A stretch of 64,000 bases of DNA, from the NCBI GenBank assembly GCA_963712665.1, contig CAVQIV010000024.1, forward strand, positions 271,525 through 335,524, written 5' to 3'. Below, piece after piece: positions 39,813 through 49,669 of this stretch. The notes under the pieces are model-generated. The model saw nothing but the letters and a program-made list of their open reading frames with translations, had not been told where the DNA came from and did no database searches. The DNA comes from Thermoanaerobaculaceae bacterium (lineage in GTDB: Bacteria > Acidobacteriota > Thermoanaerobaculia > Multivoradales > UBA5704). The stretch's first letter is position 1. Each line of letters opens with the position of its first letter. Position numbers and translations under genes: made by a program.

Positions 39813-40601
39813 ATGGCCCGTATGTCCGCGTTTCCTCTCCAGCGCGATGTCGAATACCCGGAATCCGACGGCCAGCCCATGGCGGAGACAGACCTCCATC
39901 GCGACGAGATGTTCGACCTGATCGAGGGGCTCGCCCTCCGGTACCTGAACGTGCCGGACATCTACGTCAGCGGCAACCTCTTCTTCTACTACGTGCAAGG
40001 GGACCCGCGGGCGGTCGTGGCTCCCGATGTCTTCCTCGTCCGGGGTGTGCCCAAGATGAAGCGAGGGACCTACAAGCTCTGGGAGGAGGGCCGCGTGCCT
40101 TCCCTGGTCATCGAGGTGACGTCGGACAGCACGAAGGACGAGGATCTCGACAAGAAGAAGTCGGTCTACCGGCGCCTGGGAGTCGAGGAGTACTTCCTCC
40201 ACGATCCCTGTCAGAACTATCTGAGTCCGCCCCTGCAGGGTTACCGTCTCGTGAACGGCCGTTATCAGCCTCTCTCGCCGCGCCCGGACGGCTCACTGCG
40301 CAGCCGGATCACGGGGCTGGACCTCCATGTCGAGGGCCAGAAGCTCAGGCTGGTAGATGCTGTCACGAACAAGCCGTTGCCCTGGGGAGAGGAGTTGACA
40401 GCAGCCTTGAACCGCGAAACGGCTGCCCGTGAGTTGGCAGAGGAGCGTGCCAGCAGGGCAGAGGAGCGTGCGAACCGGGAAGCCGCTGCTCGCGAGCTGG
40501 CAGAGGAACGCGCCAACCGGGAAGCCGCTGCCCGGCAGTCCCTGGAAGAGGAGTTGAATCGTCTGCGACGTGAGATCGAGGGGAAGCAGAGATCCGAGTA
40601 G
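39813..40601 (+). CDS. Uma2-family (DUF820) restriction-endonuclease-like protein with repetitive coiled-coil tail
   Basis: ESDGQPMAETDLHR..., VAPDVFLV and PSLVIEVTSDST..D...K...Y motifs. The tail repeats AARELAEERANREAA. Confidence 0.85.
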   Translation: MARMSAFPLQRDVEYPESDGQPMAETDLHRDEMFDLIEGLALRYLNVPDIYVSGNLFFYYVQGDPRAVVAPDVFLVRGVPKMKRGTYKLWEEGRVPSLVIEVTSDSTKDEDLDKKKSVYRRLGVEEYFLHDPCQNYLSPPLQGYRLVNGRYQPLSPRPDGSLRSRITGLDLHVEGQKLRLVDAVTNKPLPWGEELTAALNRETAARELAEERASRAEERANREAAARELAEERANREAAARQSLEEELNRLRREIEGKQRSE

Positions 40602-40631
40602 ACCGTACGCAGCATCGCGCCCTGACTTTCT

Positions 40632-41099
40632 GCTGCAAATCACCCTCGGCGGTCCATAGGCCCCGCTCCCTGGCTATCCCGCCTCCTCTCGTGTGCCGCA
40701 AGCATCGATCTCCCGATCGCCGGACCCGGCACGGCCTCCTCGGGCCTCGAGAAAAGTGTTGCAAATTCCCTTGATTGGAAGGCGGGTGGCCTTCTGTGAG
40801 CCGCAAGACCCACGAATTCTGTTGCAAATCCTCTCCATGAGAAGGCGAACTCACGGGGCGAAGTCGGCTGATCCGGGAATTTCGCGGCAAAATCCTGGGA
40901 TTTTGCGGAAAAAGCGAGGACATACGCGGCAGTTTACCTGTCTTTTGCGACAAAATACTAGAGTTTCGCAGCAGACTGGAAGGGTCGAGCTTCAGGACCC
41001 AAGGGTCTTGCAGCATAATCCATGGGTCTTGCAGCTCACTGCATGGAGCCCCATGGCTGACTTGGGGGATTTGCGGCAGATTTCTCACAGTTTGCAGCA
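40632..41099. repeat. phased motif array 3: TTTGC-N-GCAAA-type sites on an exact 21-bp lattice
   Basis: G(C/T)NGCA cores at 40632, 40695, 40758, 40800, 40821, 40884, 40905, 40926, 40947, 40968, (40989), 41010, 41031, 41073 and 41094. All offsets are multiples of 21 over 22 periods. The tract lies between convergent genes. Confidence 0.85.
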
Positions 41100-41188
41100 C
41101 ACAACCTCAGCCCGCCTATGGCAGTAGAACCCCAAGTCTCAGGGCTCAGGTTCAGAGATACTGGCTTTCGGATTCAAGGATCTGCTTG

Positions 41189-41524
41189 TTACTGGTGGCG
41201 AGGTGCTGAAAGGGTCGCGGGGGACTCCACCTCCGGGTGGGACAGCCCGAACTCTTCGCGGATCTCGCGGAGACGTTCCTCCCTCTCGTCCAACCTCTGC
41301 TCGAATTCCTTGAGGTTCCTCAGATCCTCCTCCGTCACTCGAGGGACGAGCTGCTGGGTTCGGCTATCCAGCGAAGCGAGGCGCTCCTGGTCTTCGGGAG
41401 TGAAGGTCCCGCCGCCGTGCTTTCGCGCCAGCAGCTCGAAGCGCTCCGAGTTCACGGCCGTCGCTTCGGCATCCTCGACCGGGCTTTTTTCTGGGAGATC
41501 GTGCCGCTGGCGACGGTGAATCAT
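41189..41524 (-). CDS. hypothetical protein (charged, coiled-coil-like), third gene of the RR-HK operon
   Basis: 111-aa ORF starting 21 nt after the kinase stop. No family recognised and no clear SD. Confidence 0.4.
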   Translation of the reverse strand: MIHRRQRHDLPEKSPVEDAEATAVNSERFELLARKHGGGTFTPEDQERLASLDSRTQQLVPRVTEEDLRNLKEFEQRLDEREERLREIREEFGLSHPEVESPATLSAPRHQ

Positions 41525-41545
41525 GGGGAAAGCATACCCCAGATC

Positions 41546-43119
41546 CTACGCTCCCGGCAGCACCACCTCGAACCTCGCCCCGCCCTCCCCGCGGTTTTCC
41601 GCCCGGATCGCCCCGCCGTAGCCCTCGACGATCGCCTTGGCGATGGCCAGGCCCAGACCGGTGTGGCCGTCGCGGGCGTGGGGCTCTTCGGGGCGGTAGG
41701 TGAAGAAGCGGTCGAAGATGCGGTCGAGATCGGTTTCGGGGATGCCGGGACCCTGGTCGTCGATGCGCACGGCGGCGGTGGTGGGGTCCCGGTCCAGGGT
41801 GACGGTCACGGTGCCGCCGGCGGGGGAGAAGCTGCGGGCGTTGTCCAGGAGGTTTTCGAAGACCTGGAGGAGGCGCTCGGGACGGGCGCGGACGGAGATG
41901 GGGCCGCCCGGCGTGTGGAGGGCGAGCTTCACGATCCGGATTATCGGCGCGCCGGCGGAATCCCTCGGCCGCTTCTTGCAGCAAGGCGTTCAGATCCACG
42001 ACGGTCGGTGCCTCGGTCTCCAGGCGGGCGTCGATCTCGCCGATCTCCCGCAAGCCGGTGAGCAGGCGCTCCATGCGGGCGACCTCGCGCTGGACCAAGG
42101 GCCACGAAGCGCTCGCGGTCTCGCGGGTCGTCGATCTCGGCCAGCAGCTCGGTGGCGGAGCGGATGGAGGCGAGCGGGTTCTTGAGCTCGTGGGAGACGT
42201 CGGAGGCGAAGGCCTCCAGGGTGTGCTGGTGCGCGGCGAGGCGGGCGGTGAGCTGCTCCAGGGCGCGGGTGAGGTCGCCGATCTCGTCCGCCCGGTGGGT
42301 GCCGCCGAAGCGCCGGCGCAGACGGCCGCGGCGGTCGAGGAGCTCGTTGGCCTCGTCGCGGAGACGCCGGATGGGATGGGTGATGGTGCCGGCCAGGAGG
42401 AGGGAGAGGATGGCGGCCACCACCACCGAGCCGAAGAAGACCTTGAGCACGTCGAGGCGCACCTGGTCCAGCTCGCGCAGGATGCGGACGGTGGACTGCG
42501 AGACCAGCACGGCGCCCACCACCGCGCCGTGGCTGCGCACGGGGATGGCGCTGTGCAGGGTGACCGAAGGGCGCAGCCGCTCGCCCCCCGTGGGCCGGAC
42601 CGTGGCGCCGTATTTTCCCGTGAGGGCCGTCCGGACCACGGCGGCGGGGTAGGGCTCGGGAGGCGGAGCGGGCCATCGCGTGGGCTGCGGCAGCGGCGCG
42701 CGCACCCGGCGGTAGAGCCGGTAGAGCCCGGCCGCGACCTTGTATAAGAGGTTGTCCCGCGCCTTGGCGGTGGACCGGGAGTCTTCGAGCCGGGCTCCTC
42801 CCGAGGGCCCAGCCGGCTGGAGTCGGCGAGGAGGGCGTGGCCACCGCCCGCAGCCCGCCCGAAGATCCGCAGGCGCGCCTCGGTGCGCTGATCGAGGCGC
42901 CGCAGCAGCGACTCCACAACCGGCGCGGCTCAGCTCTCCCTGCTCGCCCAGGGCAGCGGCCAGGAGCCGGCCCTGCTGCACCATGGAGCGCTCCTGATCC
43001 TCCAGGAGCTGCTGCTCGTAGACGCCCAGGTAGAGGAACCCCGCCACGGGAAAGAAGACCAGCAGGATGTTGAACAGCAGCAGCCGGATGGAGATCCGGG
43101 AGGGGAGCCTCAGGCGCAC
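41546..43119 (-). pseudogene. transmembrane sensor histidine kinase (HAMP-HisKA-HATPase), several frameshifts as sequenced
   Basis: N-terminal TM helix, HAMP (THPIRRLRDEAN), H-box FASDVSHELKNPLASI, ATPase LLDNARSF...GTGLGLAIAK. The pieces lie in ORFs 41941..43119, 41364..42917 and 41546..41932. Confidence 0.8.
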
Positions 43120-43122
43120 GGC

Positions 43123-43830
43123 TCACTCCGGCCGGAAGCGGTAGCCGAGGCCGTAGACGGTCTCGATGCTGTCGAAGCCCGGATCGGCTTCGGCGAGCTT
43201 CTTGCGCAGCCGCTTGACGTGGCTGTCGATGGTGCGGTCGCTGGCGTAGGCGTCGTGGGGGTAGCCCTCCTCCAGGAGCTGGGCCCGGGTCTTGACGTGC
43301 CCGGGGTGGCGGGCGAGGGCCTGGAGGAGGAGGAACTCGGTGACGGTCAAGGGCACGGCCACGCCGGCCCAGTGCGCCTGGTAGCGGCGCAGATCGAGAC
43401 GTAGCCGGCCCGCTTCGAGGATGCGCTCCTCGTCGCCCCCGGCCGGCTCGCGGCGGTGGGCGGCCCGGCGGAAGAGCACCTTCACCCGCGCCGCCAGCTC
43501 GCGCATGGAGAAGGGCTTGCAGAGATAATCGTCCGCGCCAAGCTCAAGGCCCAGCACGCGGTCGAACTCCTCGTCGCGCGAGGTGAGGAAGAGGATGGGC
43601 AGGCGCTCGGACAGGGCGCGCAGGCGCCGGCACAGCTCCAGGCCGTCCATGCGCGGCATGAGCACGTCGAGGATGACGAGGTCCGGCAGATCGCGCTCGA
43701 AGCTCTCCCAGGCCGCGAGGCCGTCGGGATAGAGCTCCACGCGGTAGCCCTCGCGGCGCAGGGCGAAGCCCACGGTCTCGCGCAGGCTCTCCTCGTCGTC
43801 CACCAGGGCGATGCGGGTGGTCATGGGCAC
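43123..43830 (-). CDS. OmpR/PhoB-family response regulator
   Basis: REC (IALVDDEE...LVILDVLMPRMDG) plus a winged-helix trans_reg_C domain (LTVTEFLLLQALARHPGHV...IETVYGLGYRF). Confidence 0.9.
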   Translation of the reverse strand: MPMTTRIALVDDEESLRETVGFALRREGYRVELYPDGLAAWESFERDLPDLVILDVLMPRMDGLELCRRLRALSERLPILFLTSRDEEFDRVLGLELGADDYLCKPFSMRELAARVKVLFRRAAHRREPAGGDEERILEAGRLRLDLRRYQAHWAGVAVPLTVTEFLLLQALARHPGHVKTRAQLLEEGYPHDAYASDRTIDSHVKRLRKKLAEADPGFDSIETVYGLGYRFRPE

Positions 43831-43976
43831 AATCTAGCGCAGATCCACGGCTCCAGGCCGGTCGCCACGGTTACGCCACAATCTTGTGGTTCTCCTCCCT
43901 GATCCGCCCGCGTGATTCCGTGTGGGCATTGTTGAATCCTCCCACAGAGGGTGTTCGAAATGGCGGCTGCCTTTCC

Positions 43977-44035
43977 CGTAGGGTGCGCTGTGCGCACCGT
44001 CACCGGCGTCGAAGGTGCGCACAGCGCACCCTACG
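43977..44035. repeat. perfect 22-bp inverted repeat with 15-nt loop
   Basis: CGTAGGGTGCGCTGTGCGCACC-gtcaccggcgtcgaa-GGTGCGCACAGCGCACCCTACG, in the divergent RR/creD intergenic region. Confidence 0.9.
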
Positions 44036-44078
44036 AGGACACCCGGCCGAATCACCGTAATTTTAAGGAGGGAGATCC

Positions 44079-44375
44079 ATGCTTCTCAAGAAGGCGATCC
44101 TCGTCGGTCTCCTCGTCATGCTGCTCCTCTCGCTGGGAGGGATTAGATCCCAGGTCTCCGAACGTCCGGTCCAAGCCTCGGCCTTTTCGATCCTGAACGT
44201 CCCTCCGGTCCGGCACGTCCTCTCCCGCATCCATCATGGGATCCGGCGTCGCATCCGGCGGCTGCGGTCACGGCTCCGCCACAATCTTGCGGGATTCCTC
44301 CATGGCGCTGCCCTCACCGTTCCCCGCGGCGGCGGTCCAATCCCTTCAGACGGCAACCATTCAAGGAGGAATTGA
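44079..44375 (+). CDS. hypothetical small protein with N-terminal TM helix
   Basis: Strong SD (TAAGGAGGGAGATCC-ATG) and a hydrophobic N-terminus. The Arg-rich C-terminal half looks non-native and may be frameshifted. Confidence 0.3.
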   Translation: MLLKKAILVGLLVMLLLSLGGIRSQVSERPVQASAFSILNVPPVRHVLSRIHHGIRRRIRRLRSRLRHNLAGFLHGAALTVPRGGGPIPSDGNHSRRN

Positions 44376-44378
44376 CCC

Positions 44379-45776
44379 GTGTTCTCAACCGTTCCCGACG
44401 AACCTCAGAAGCGCAGGCTCCGCGACTCCGCGGTGGTGAAGATGTTGGTCATCGGCGTGCTCATCGTCATGCTGCTCATCCCGCTCGCGATGGTGGGATC
44501 GCTGGTGTCCGAGCGCCAGGGCCGCCAGCAGGAGGCGGCGCAGGAGGTGGCGGACTCCTGGGGCCGGCCGCAGGTCCTCGCCGGGCCGGTGCTGACCGTC
44601 CCCTACCTGGTGCACTTCAAGAACGAGAAGGGGGTGGTCACCACCCAGACCACCTACGCCCGCTTCCTCCCCGAGGAGCTGAAAGTCGAAGGCGACGTGG
44701 AGAGCCAGCGGCTCAACCGCGGGATCTTCGAGGTCGCCGTCTATCGCACGGGCCTCAAGTGGTCGGGGACGTTTGCGCGGCCGAGCTTCGAGGAGTGGCA
44801 CGTGGCGCCGGAGGACGTCGTCTGGCGGGACGCCTATCTCGCGATCGGAGTGCCGGACATGCGGGGCATCACCTCCGGCGTCGATCTGACGTGGGGGAAC
44901 CGCACCCTGGGGCTCGCTCCCGGCGGCGGCGAAGCCGGGCTCTGGCAATCCGGCCTGCGGGTGCCGATCCCGGACCTCACCACGGGCAAGGAGGGAGAGG
45001 TGTACGCCTTCGCCTTCGACCTCGGCATCAACGGCAGCGAGAACCTCAGCTTCCTCCCCCTGGGCAAGGAGACCACGGTGGCCCTGAAGTCGAACTGGCC
45101 GTCGCCGAGCTTCAAGGGGGAGTTCCTGCCGGCCCAGCGCACGGTGCGCGGCACGGGCTTCGAGGCCTTATGGCACGTTTCCTGGTTCGGCCGCAGCTTT
45201 CCGCAGCAGTGGCGGGAGGGCGAGGCCCAGGAGCTGGCGCCCCAGGGAGCGCTCGACGGCTCGGCCTTCGGAGTGCAGCTCTTCATGCCGGTCGACGCCT
45301 ATCAGAAGACCGAGCGGTCCACCAAGTACGGCGTGCTCTTCCTCGTCCTCACCTTCCTGACCTTCTTCCTCTACGAGCAATTCAACCCGTTCTCGCTCCA
45401 CCCCGTGCAATACCTGCTGGTGGGCTTCGCCCTCTGCCTCTTCTACCTGTTGCTGCTCTCGATCTCCGAGCACGCACCCTTCGGCCTCGCCTACCTCGCG
45501 GCCGCGGCCGCCACCGTGCTGCTCATCGGCGGCTACTCGGCGGCCATCCTGCGGGGAGCCCTGCGGGCCCTGCTGATGACCGTGGTGCTGAGCACGCTCT
45601 ACGGTTATCTCTACGTCCTGCTGCAACTGGAGGACTACGCCCTGCTCCTGGGCTCGGTCGGCCTCTTCGCCATCCTCGCCCTGGTAATGTACCTGACGCG
45701 CCGCATCGACTGGTCGGCCCCGCGGCGGGGGAGCACGCCGCCGCCCCTGGTGACAGCGGCGGTTCCACAAGGGTGA
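44379..45776 (+). CDS. creD: cell envelope integrity protein CreD
   Basis: AAGGAGGA SD plus a GTG start. ERQGRQQEAAQEVADSWG..Q...GPVLTVPY and a C-terminal multi-TM block are typical of CreD. Confidence 0.85.
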   Translation: MFSTVPDEPQKRRLRDSAVVKMLVIGVLIVMLLIPLAMVGSLVSERQGRQQEAAQEVADSWGRPQVLAGPVLTVPYLVHFKNEKGVVTTQTTYARFLPEELKVEGDVESQRLNRGIFEVAVYRTGLKWSGTFARPSFEEWHVAPEDVVWRDAYLAIGVPDMRGITSGVDLTWGNRTLGLAPGGGEAGLWQSGLRVPIPDLTTGKEGEVYAFAFDLGINGSENLSFLPLGKETTVALKSNWPSPSFKGEFLPAQRTVRGTGFEALWHVSWFGRSFPQQWREGEAQELAPQGALDGSAFGVQLFMPVDAYQKTERSTKYGVLFLVLTFLTFFLYEQFNPFSLHPVQYLLVGFALCLFYLLLLSISEHAPFGLAYLAAAAATVLLIGGYSAAILRGALRALLMTVVLSTLYGYLYVLLQLEDYALLLGSVGLFAILALVMYLTRRIDWSAPRRGSTPPPLVTAAVPQG

Positions 45777-45886
45777 CGAGAGGGCTAGACAACGGCGGAG
45801 AAAGAGACTAACCTAGTCACAAATGAATTCGACCCGCTCCATCCCCACCCCCGCCGTACCCGCCCAGGTGCTTTGTACCTGTAGCC

Positions 45887-45920
45887 GGCGGATGTGACCC
45901 TCGGCGTCGCATCCGCCTTT
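45887..45920 (+). terminator. possible terminator hairpin downstream of creD
   Basis: GGCGGATG...CATCCGCC stem followed by TTT. The T-run is short. Confidence 0.35.
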
Positions 45921-46028
45921 CCTGATCTGACAATCCGCGATTGCTGAAGCCCCGCGACCCCCTTTTTGCGAAAGGGGACGCGGACGTGACAGGTCTGTCC
46001 CGCCCCTGGCGGGACGAGGAGGCCGTGC

Positions 46029-47663
46029 ATGCCCGAGAGAGGTCCAGAGACGGCGCCGCCCCCAGTAATTACCTGGGATCTGGTGCGCAAGCGCAACTTC
46101 GTGGAGCGCTTGAAGCATGAGAAGGGTGGCCTCGACGTGCTCCGCGACCTGCCGGCTATGATCGAAGCCGGTTACGAAGCGGTGCCGGAAGAGGACTTCG
46201 TGCGCATGCAGTGGTACGGCCTCTACCACGACAAGCCCAAGATGGGGCACTTCATGCTGCGGGTGAAGACCCCCGGCGGCGTGCTCACCCCGGCCAAGCT
46301 GCGGACGATCGGCGAGATCTCCCAGCGCTTCGGCCGCGGCCACGGCGAGATCACCACGCGGCAGAACTTCCAGCTTCATTGGATCGAGCTCGCCACGTCT
46401 GCCGGAGGTCCTCGGACTCCTCGAATCGGCGGGGCTCACCACCACCGGGGCCTGCGGCGACAACGTGCGCACCATCACCGGCTGCCCGGTGTCGGGGCTC
46501 GCGGCCGAGGAGCTGTTCCCCGTCCAGCCGCTGATCGAAGAGGCTACGGACTTCTTCATCCGGAACCGCGAGTACTCGGACCTTCCGCGCAAGCACAAGA
46601 TCACGATCGCGGCCTGCCCCCACCAATGCAACGCGCCGGAGATCCACTGCATCGCCTTGATCGGCGATCTGAACGCCGACGGCGAGCCGGGCTTTGGCGT
46701 GCGGGTGGGCGGCGGCCTCTCCACCTGGCCGCGGTTGCGCGGACGACCTCGGCGTCTGGGTGCCGGCCGGCGAGGCCGTGCCCGTGCTGCGGGCCATCGT
46801 GGACGTCTGGCGCGAGGACTTGAAGTACCGCATGTCCCGCGCCAAGGCGCGGCTCAAGTTCATGGTCCACGACCTCGGGCCCGAGGCCTTCCGCGCGCGG
46901 GTGGAGGAGAAGCTCGGCCGGCGGCTGGCGGACGGCGCCGTGCCCGAAGCACCCGCGGAGGAGCACGACCATACGGGCGTCCATCCCCAGAAGCAGGAGG
47001 CCAAAGTGTACGCCGGCTTCCCCGTCCATCTCGGATTGATGGACGGCGCCACCATGGTGCGGCTCGCGGACCTGGTGGAGACCTGGGGGGGCGACGTCCG
47101 TCTCACCCGGCGGCAGAACTTCATCCTCAGTCACATCCCCGAGGACCGGGTGGACGAGGTGGTGCAAGAGGTCGAGGCGCTCGGGTTCCCCCTCGACAGC
47201 ACGGGCCTCAGGGGCGCGGGCATCGCCTGCACAGGCGATCCCTTCTGCAACTACACCGTGGCCGAGACCAAGGGGAAGCTCCAGGAGATCGTCGAGCACC
47301 TGGAGCGCGTCTTCGGTGAGCAGGCCGCCGGCCTGCGGCTTGAACCTCGACGGCTGCCCCCACGCCTGTGCCCACCACTGGATCGGTGACGTCGGCCTCC
47401 AGGGCACCACCCTGCGCGAGCGCGGCCCCAACGGCGAGCGGCTCGACGGCTACGACCTCTTCCTGCGCGGCGGTCTGGGCCGGGATGCGGCCATCGGCCG
47501 GCCCGTGCTCAAGCGGGTGCCGGGCGGCGAGGTCCACGTCGTGATCGAAAGACTCGTCCGCGCCTGGCTCGACGGGCGTCAGGAAGACGAGCGCATCCAG
47601 CAGTTCTTCACCCGCCACGCCGACGAGGAGCTCGTGGCCCTCGGGATCGGCGCGGCTGATTGA
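46029..47663 (+). pseudogene. ferredoxin-type sulfite reductase (NiR/SiR family), three frameshifts as sequenced
   Basis: MQWYGLYHD, RVKTPGG, TTRQNFQLHWI, TGACGDNVRTITGCP, and C-terminal CTGDPFCNY...GCPHACA siroheme/4Fe-4S Cys motifs. Confidence 0.85.
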
Positions 47664-48523
47664 AAGGAAAGACGACGATGTTCGAGAGAGCGACCGCGAT
47701 CCAGATCGACTCCCGTGATTTGTTGGACGAGTTCGAGGCCGGGCAGCTTGCGGTGGAGATGGACGACGCCACGCCGCAGGAGCTCCTCGCCTGGGCGCTC
47801 GAGCGCTGGGGATCCCAGGTCGCCATTTGTACCAGCTTCCAGGCCGAGGGCATGGCCATCCTGGACATGGCCTGGCGGATCGATCCCGAGGTGCGGCTGT
47901 TCACCGTCGACACCGGCCGCCTGCCCCAGGAGACCTACGACGTGATGGAGACCGTGCGGCAGCGCTACGGCATCGACGTCGAGGTCTACTTCCCGGACGC
48001 GCGGCAGGTGGAGGCCATGGTGCGGCGCCACGGGCCCAACCTCTTCCAGCAGAGCGTCGAGACGCGCCTCCACTGCTGCAACGTGCGCAAGGTGGAGCCC
48101 ATCCGCGGCGTGCTCGAAGGGCTGGACGCCTGGATCACCGGCCTGCGCCGCGACCAGTGGGCGAGCCGCGCCAACATCCGCAAGATCGAGATCGATCACG
48201 ACCATGGCGGCCTGGCCAAGATCAATCCCCTGGCCGACTGGACGCTCGAAGAGGTGAAGGAGTACAACGTGGCCCATGACGTGCCCGTCCATCCCCTCTA
48301 TGCCAAGGGCTTCACCAGCATCGGCTGCGCCCCCTGCACCCGCGCCACCCAGGCGGGGGAGGACCCGCGGGCCGGCCGCTGGTGGTGGGAGAAGAACGCG
48401 CCCAAGGAGTGCGGCATCCACTGCCCCATCGAGACCGGCGCCTTCGAGCACGAGGTGGATGCCCTGGTGCAGTTGACCTCTTCAAAGGTGAAGCCGGCCG
48501 GGCCGCACAGGGTCACGGCATGA
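47660..48523 (+). CDS. cysH: APS/PAPS reductase (thioredoxin-dependent); CC...CxxC pattern suggests the Fe-S APS-reductase type
   Basis: RLHCCNVRKVEP, SIGCAPCT and KECGIH motifs. An alternative start is at 47678. Confidence 0.9.
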   Translation: MKGKTTMFERATAIQIDSRDLLDEFEAGQLAVEMDDATPQELLAWALERWGSQVAICTSFQAEGMAILDMAWRIDPEVRLFTVDTGRLPQETYDVMETVRQRYGIDVEVYFPDARQVEAMVRRHGPNLFQQSVETRLHCCNVRKVEPIRGVLEGLDAWITGLRRDQWASRANIRKIEIDHDHGGLAKINPLADWTLEEVKEYNVAHDVPVHPLYAKGFTSIGCAPCTRATQAGEDPRAGRWWWEKNAPKECGIHCPIETGAFEHEVDALVQLTSSKVKPAGPHRVTA

Positions 48524-48993
48524 GCACGACGACCGCTCCCGGCGCCGTCACTCTCGACGCGGCCCAGCAAGAGGTGCTCGGCGAGGAGCTCGGAGCCCTC
48601 GCGGCCTCGCTCCAGGACCCGGCCGCCCGGGTGCCCTACGAGGAGCTGGCCGCCGCCGTGGCCGCGGGCGAGGTGGAGGAGGATCTCCTGAGCCGGCTCG
48701 AAGGCATCCTGGAGATGACGCTCCAGACCGGCCGCGTCCGCCGGGTCTACGGCGCTCAGAGCGAGCAGGCGCTGCTGCGCCTCTTCCACCAGACCCCGCG
48801 GGGAGCCGCCGCCCGCCGGGCCACCCAGGCCGTCAACGATTCCCTCGCCACCCTGGCGGGGCAGACGATCGAAGGGATGCTGTTCACCGTGCAGGGGCCC
48901 GGGGTCTACCGCCTCGGGCTCCAGACCGAGACCTGCCGTCTGACGCTCGCGATCGACCGCCACGGCGTGACGGTCGAGAGCCTGGAGGTCTAG
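48520..48993 (+). CDS. hypothetical protein embedded in the sulfate-assimilation operon
   Basis: Its ATG overlaps the cysH stop (ATGA coupling). 157 aa with a coherent composition. No family recognised. Confidence 0.55.
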   Translation: MSTTTAPGAVTLDAAQQEVLGEELGALAASLQDPAARVPYEELAAAVAAGEVEEDLLSRLEGILEMTLQTGRVRRVYGAQSEQALLRLFHQTPRGAAARRATQAVNDSLATLAGQTIEGMLFTVQGPGVYRLGLQTETCRLTLAIDRHGVTVESLEV

Positions 48994-49000
48994 AAAAGCC

Positions 49001-49669
49001 ATGCAGCACTATCCGGTCTTTCTGAGCCTGAAGGGGAGGTCCTGCTTCGTGCTCGGCGGCTGCGCCCTGGCGGAAGAGAAGGCGCGGGGCCTGGTGGCGG
49101 CCGAAGCGCAGGTGACGGTGATTGCCCCGGAGGTCACCCGCGGCCTCGCCGAGCTGGCGCTCCACGGGCACATCGACCTCGTGGACCGGCGCTACCGCCG
49201 CGGGGACCTGCGCACGGCCTTCCTCGTCCTGGTGGTGAACCAGCCGAAGCCGGTGACCGACGGGGTGTGGGAGGAGACCCGGGGGAGAAACGTCCTGGTC
49301 AACACCGTGGACGACGTCCCGCACTGCGACTTCATCGCGCCCTCGATCGTCCGCCGGGGTGACCTCGCCATCGCCATCTCGACCGGCGGCAAGGCTCCCG
49401 CCCTGGCCGTGCGCCTGCGGCAGCGGCTGGAATCCGAAGTGGGGGACGAGCACGCCCGCTTCCTCGAGCTGGCCGGCCGTCTGCGTGCCCCCCTGGCCCG
49501 ACGCTGGCCCGACTTCGAGACCCGCCGCGCCCTCTGGTACCGGTTCGTCGACTCCGACGTGCTCCACCTGCTGCGGCGAGGCGACGAGGCCAAGGCCCTG
49601 GCGCGCTGCGAAGAGATCCTGGGCGTCCGCCCCGAGGTGGCCGTGGCAGAGGAGATCCTGGTGGAATGA
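49001..49669 (+). CDS. precorrin-2 dehydrogenase/sirohydrochlorin ferrochelatase (SirC / CysG N-terminal domain-like)
   Basis: YPVFLSLKGRSCFVLGGCALAEEKARGL Rossmann motif and ...DFIAPSIVRRGDLAIAISTGGKAPALA. Confidence 0.8.
   Translation: MQHYPVFLSLKGRSCFVLGGCALAEEKARGLVAAEAQVTVIAPEVTRGLAELALHGHIDLVDRRYRRGDLRTAFLVLVVNQPKPVTDGVWEETRGRNVLVNTVDDVPHCDFIAPSIVRRGDLAIAISTGGKAPALAVRLRQRLESEVGDEHARFLELAGRLRAPLARRWPDFETRRALWYRFVDSDVLHLLRRGDEAKALARCEEILGVRPEVAVAEEILVE

Noticed and set aside
40380-40601. Repetitive AARELAEERANREAA tail of the Uma2 protein as a separate repeat element
   Set aside because: It is in frame with the Uma2 ORF. Charged Ala/Glu/Arg coiled-coil tails are common in this family, so it is not an independent feature.
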